Part shown: piece by piece, positions 59,462-64,000 of the stretch
Layout: each line of letters opens with the position of its first letter
How positions within the stretch are numbered: the stretch's first letter is position 1
NCBI GenBank assembly: GCA_030390025.1
Contig: CM059452.1
Location: 8,680,001 to 8,744,000 of the forward strand
Direction of reading: 5' to 3'
DNA: 64,000 bases
From: Squalus acanthias
Lineage: Eukaryota
Notes under the pieces: generated by a model
Told to the model about the DNA's origin: nothing
Database searches by the model: none
What the model saw: the letters and a program-made list of their open reading frames with translations, nothing else
Program-made: the position numbers and the translations under genes

Positions 59462-60884
59462 GGTAGAGAGAAAGCGGGGAATTATAGATCAGTAAGCCTG
59501 ACATCGGTAGTGGGGAAAATGCTAGAGTCCATTATAAAGGATGTAATAGCTGAGCACTTGAAAAACAGTGACAGGATCGGACAAAGTCAACATGGATTTA
59601 CAAAAGGTAAATCGTGCTTGACTAATCTACTGGAATTTTTTGAGGATGTAACTGGGAAAATAGATAAGGGAGAACCAGTAGATGTGGTGTATTTGGACTT
59701 TCAAAAGGCTTTCGATAAGGTCCCGCATAAGAGATTAGCGTGTAAAGTTGAGGCACATGGGATTGGGGGCAAGGTATTGACTTGGATAGAGAACTGACTG
59801 GCGGACAGAAAGCAGAGAGTAGGAATAAATGGGTCTTTTTCCGAGTGGCAGGCAGTGACTAGTGGGGTACCGCAGGGTTCGGTCCTTGGACCCCAGCTAT
59901 TCACAATATACATTAATGATCTAGATAAGGGAACTAAATGTAATATCTCCAAGTTTGCAGATGACACAAAGCTGGGTGGGCGTGTGTGCTGTGAGGAGGA
60001 TGCTGAGAAACTCCAGGATGATTTGGACAGGTTGGGTGAGTGGGCAGAAGCGTGGCAGATGCAATATAACGTGGATAAATGCGAGGTTATCCACTTTGGT
60101 GTCAAAAACAGAAAGGTAGACTATTATCTGAATGGCAATAGATTGGGAGAAGGGGAAGTGCAACGAGACCTGGGTGTCCTTGTGCACCAGTCGCTGAAGG
60201 TAAGCATGCAGGTGCAGCAGGCGGTGAAGAAGGCAAATGGTATGTTGGCCTTCATAGCGAAAGGGTTTGAGTATAGGAACAGGGATGTCCTGCTGCAGTT
60301 GTACAGGGCCTTGGTGAGACCACACCTTGAGTATTGTGTGCAGTTTTGGTCGCCTTATCTGAGGAAGGATGTTCTTGCCATGGAAGGAGTTCAGCGAAGA
60401 TTCACAAGGCTGATACCTGGGATGGCAGGAATGACATATGAGGAGAGATTGGGTCGATTGGGCTTATACTCGCTGGAGTATAGAAGAATGAGAGGGGATC
60501 TCATCGAAACATATAAAATTCTGACAGGTCTGGACAAACTAGATGCAGGAAGAATGTTCCCGATGGTCCGAGAGTCCAGAACCAGAGGTCATAATCTAAG
60601 GATAAGGGGTAAGCCATTTAGGACAGAAATGAGGAAGAATTTCTTCACCCAGAGAGTGGTGAACCTGTGGAATTCTCTACCACAGAAGGTAGTTGAGGCC
60701 AAGTCATTAAATATATTCAAGAATGAGTTAGATATATTTCTTAAAGCTAAAGGTATCAAGGGATATGGGGAGAAGGCAGGTATAGGGTACTGAGTTTGGA
60801 TGATCAGCCATGATCTCATCGAATGGCGGGGCAGGCTCGACGGGCCGAATGGCCTACTCCTGCTCCTATCTTCTATGTTTCTAT
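59462..60884 (+). mobile_element. CR1 LINE (HER1-like), 5'-truncated
   Basis: RT ORFs 59510-59797 and 59855-60793 separated by one TGA; tail TTCTATGTTTCTAT. Confidence 0.95.
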
Positions 60885-60969
60885 ATAAGATAACTTCTAC
60901 CCCTTTTTTATTCCAGCCCCCTACAGATAAAGGCCAACATTCCATTAGCCTTTTAATTAATTACCTCTA

Positions 60970-61205
60970 GGTTCCCCTCCAAGTCACACACCATCCTGAC
61001 TTGGAAATATATCGCCGATCCTTCATCGTCGCCGGGTCTAAATCCTGGAACTCTCTCCCTAACAGCGCTGTGGGAGAACCTTCACCACACAGACTGCAGC
61101 GGTTCAAGAACGCAGCTCACCAAAACCTTCTCAAGAACAACTAGGGATAGTCAATAAATGCTGGCGTTGCCAGCGATGCCCACATCCCAGGTAGGAATAA
61201 AAACA
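60970..61205 (+). mobile_element. 3' fragment of the 7868-9088 LINE family
   Basis: Matches 8855-9085. Confidence 0.75.
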
Positions 61206-61479
61206 AAATTGCATACCAGTCCTGACCACTATCTTTTAGTGATTTCTGTACTCGGACACCTAAATCTCTAGGGTTTTATTTGCCCATCCCTAGGCGCCCT
61301 GATGATATTAGGAGTCAAGCACGATAAGTGTGGAGCAGATTCCCTACAATGAAGGACATTCATCAACCAATTGTGGTTTTTAACAACAATCCGACAGCTT
61401 TCATCCTCATTTCCTGAGGAACTTTGCCACATCGAATGCTTGAGGCAGAGAACATTGCGCCTTATAAGTGTTGCAGATG

Positions 61480-61915
61480 TGTTGTCGTTATGTTACTCGA
61501 TTTGTAATCCAGAGGCCTGGGCTAATAATTTGATTGCACGAGTTCAAATGATACCAGGGTAGTTTTGGAATTTGAATTCAGATTTTTTTTAAATAAATAA
61601 GAAGCTGGTATCAGTAAAAGTGACCATGATATTGGATTGTGGTTAAAAACTCAACTGGTTCACTAACGTCTCTTCAGGGAAGGAAACCTGCCGTCCTTAC
61701 TCCGTCAGGCCTATATGTGACTCCAGTCCCATACTCAACGTGGTTTAACTGACTTTTGATGTGGCCTTGCAAGTTCCTCAGTTTTATCAAACCCTTGAAA
61801 GCAGCAGAACTGCAGTGGTTCGGGAAGAAGACCAAGCTCTCAAGGGGCAACCAAGCTCCCAAGGGATGGGCAATAAATGCTGGCCTTGACAGTGAAGTCC
61901 ACATCCCGAGAATTA
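61480..61915 (+). mobile_element. SINE-like repeat sharing the 3' tail of the 7868-9088 LINE
   Basis: Degenerate tRNA-like head; tail GGATGGGCAATAAATGCTGGCC..CACATCCC. Confidence 0.6.
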
Positions 61916-61974
61916 ATAACAAAGGGAAAGGTTTAAGATGCAGTTGCATTAACTTCAGATTGTTGTCCCGACAG

Positions 61975-62215
61975 GCCGCCGAGATCTCTCTGCTCCTCCA
62001 ATTCGGCCTCTTGTGCATTCACTATTTTAATCGCCCCACCATTGGCGGCCATGCCTTCAGTTGCCTAGGCCCCACGCTCTCGAATTCCCTCCCTAAACAT
62101 CTGTCCTAATATCTCCTTGTGTAGCTCGGTGACACATTTTGTTTGATAACGCTCCCACGAAGCACCTTGGGACGTTTTACTACGTTAAAGGCGCTGAATA
62201 AATACAAGTTGTTGT
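61975..62215 (+). mobile_element. L2 LINE 3' fragment
   Basis: GGHAFSCLGPTLSNSLP-like coding end followed by an L2-type tail. Confidence 0.6.
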
Positions 62216-62689
62216 TGGGATTGATTGAAAGTTTTCCTATTAGGAAAGGATAAGAAGGAATACGGAACCAAGGCTGGTAGATGGAGTTAAGATACAGATC
62301 AGCCATGATCTAATTGAATGGCCGAACAAGCTTCAAGGGTTGCATGGCCGACTCCTATATTCCTACTTCTTTACTAAATTAGGATCCAGAAATAAACGAG
62401 ATCGAGATTGTCTGTATTAGCAAATAAAATTAATTAAATAATATGTTCTCTTTTAAAATTACTGATCCTATTTTACAATATTGCTTGAAGGAAATTATCT
62501 TTAGTTATTAGTCAATATAAACACTTGCTGTTTAAAAACATTGCTGAATACATTAATTTAATTTTCTTCCAATCCTTATTCAAAATCCTACTGACTCCAC
62601 CTAAGTAATAAAATTCAGAAACAACTCGGGCGGTGCAGAGCGCATTTAAGTGGCCCGGTCTGAGCCCACCGCCCCCCCCCCCCCCGCCC

Positions 62690-63175
62690 CGCCTTGGCCA
62701 CAGCCCTGAGTCAGGGGTCACAGGCTGCACAAACTGAGCCTCTTCAATGCCGATCGGAGGCTGGAGACGACCGTGACTCTCCGATCCTGAATCAATGGGA
62801 GAAACAGCCAATCACGGCGTTGTGACGCGCGGGATGGATTGTAGCGTCATCCACGGCAGCGCAAACGTGAGTTTGTGTGACGTACAATTGGCTATGTTTG
62901 TGTGACGTAACACGCTGCGCATGTCTACCGTTTATTTAAGGAAAGGTGACTTCCGTTTCCACAAAAATAAGCGCTCGATCTTAATCAATAAATCTGCAAG
63001 TTTGGCGCCCGTGAGAATAAAAACGTTGTCGTTGAAGCGGTTTGTGAGGTGCGCATGTGTGAATAGCTCTCCCAGAGTGCAGAGCGGCTCCTGTCACAGA
63101 TGGGGGGTTTTCTCTGCCGCTGTGAATTGTGGGAGTCGCAGCCCTCCATGGCCGAGTCCTTAACTGAGTGAATCT
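62690..63175. promoter_or_regulatory. Orphan CpG-rich promoter-like block, copy 2
   Basis: Paralog of 11100-11590 with CCAAT and repeated TGACGT. Confidence 0.45.
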
Positions 63176-63461
63176 ACACCCAACCTCCTTCCAGCCCGGT
63201 TATTGGTCCGGACAGGCTGCGGTGTCCTGTTGAGCGAAGAGAATCTCTGAGCAGATTGGACATCGAATCCGGGAAATCCAGGAGGTGGTGACCGCTCATC
63301 AACCCAATCGGTGAAAGAGGAATTCAACCAAAGAATAGGAGAGAATAAACTCTACTGGTCCCTGTGGAAACAGGCGGCAAATAAATTTAACCTTCAGGGT
63401 GAAATATGACAAACCAAAAGATACATTTTTATGGTTAGAAAACGTTATTTGGACAGATAGT

Positions 63462-63920
63462 GTCAGCCGTGGCTCAGTTGGTAGCACCCTCGCCTCTGAG
63501 TCATGAAGGTTGTGGATTCAAGTCCCACTCCAGAGACTCGAGCACAAACATCTAAGCTAACACTCCAGTGCAGTACCGAAGGAGTGCTGCACTGTCGGAG
63601 GTGCCGTCTTTCGGATGAGACATTAAACTCAGGCGTCGTCAGCTCCCTCAGGTGGACGTAAAAGATCCCAGGCATTATTTTGAAGAGCAGGGGAGTTCTC
63701 CCCGGTGTCTTGCCCAATATTTAGCCCTCAATCCACATCACTAAAACAGATTATCTGGTCATTCTCACATTGCTGTTTGTGGGAGCTTGCTGTGCTCAAA
63801 TTGGCTGCGCGTTTCCTACATTACAACAGTGACTACACTTCAAAAAGAACTTCATTGGCTGTAAAGCGGTTTGGGACGTCCGGTGGTCGTGAAAGACGCA
63901 ATAGAAATACAAATCTTTCT
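63462..63920 (+). mobile_element. Full-length tRNA-derived DeuSINE (SacSINE1-like)
   Basis: A/B-box head, Deu-domain-like core GTGCCGTCTTTCGGATGAGAC, and an L2-like tail. Confidence 0.8.
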
Positions 63921-64000
63921 TTCGTTCAAAGGGAGGTGAGAATGTGGAATTTTCTGTGGATAGTGTTGTTGACTCAGATTCCTGTGGAGGATCAAAGGGA

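Noticed and set aside
63462-63535. tRNA gene
   Set aside because: It is the tRNA-derived head of a SINE and continues into SINE body sequence; the same applies to 56680-56749.
1-64000. D, J or C segments, NAR-TCR V, IgH-like V, or germline-joined VJ
   Set aside because: No 12-spacer RSS pairs, no FGxG J motif after an RSS, no C-domain exon, and no VH or VNAR framework motifs were recognised by eye.

Overview
Vertebrate genomic DNA, almost certainly from an elasmobranch (shark or ray), judged from HE1-like V-SINE, HER1-like CR1 LINE, DeuSINE and Penelope repeats. The window lies inside a germline T-cell receptor alpha/delta-type variable (V) gene array. I find about 29 V segments or V relics, about half on each strand. 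Most have a leader exon, a phase-1 intron, an Ig V exon (C..WYxQ..DxAxYxC) and a 3' heptamer-23-nonamer RSS. About 12 look fully intact; the rest are unresolved ORFs, pseudogenes or fragments. No D, J or C segments, IgH-like V or NAR-type V were recognised. The array grew by direct and inverted cassette duplication. My informal family labels: A = EQP(I/V)PEMTVEEES; B = intronless leader-V; C = LYRQ; D = MRLLSIW leader; E = MCS leader; F = DSRKYF. The most notable observations are CTCF-consensus motifs placed just downstream of RSSs, a V family with a fixed 24-bp RSS spacer, two intronless leader-V genes, three pseudogenes whose deletions remove the heptamer at the RAG cut site, a chimeric V, V exons with register-matched extra cysteines, and a palindromic Penelope insertion carrying hammerhead-ribozyme motifs. 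All coordinates were read by hand, with no database searches; repeat boundaries are approximate. There is a 586-N gap at 18744-19329.
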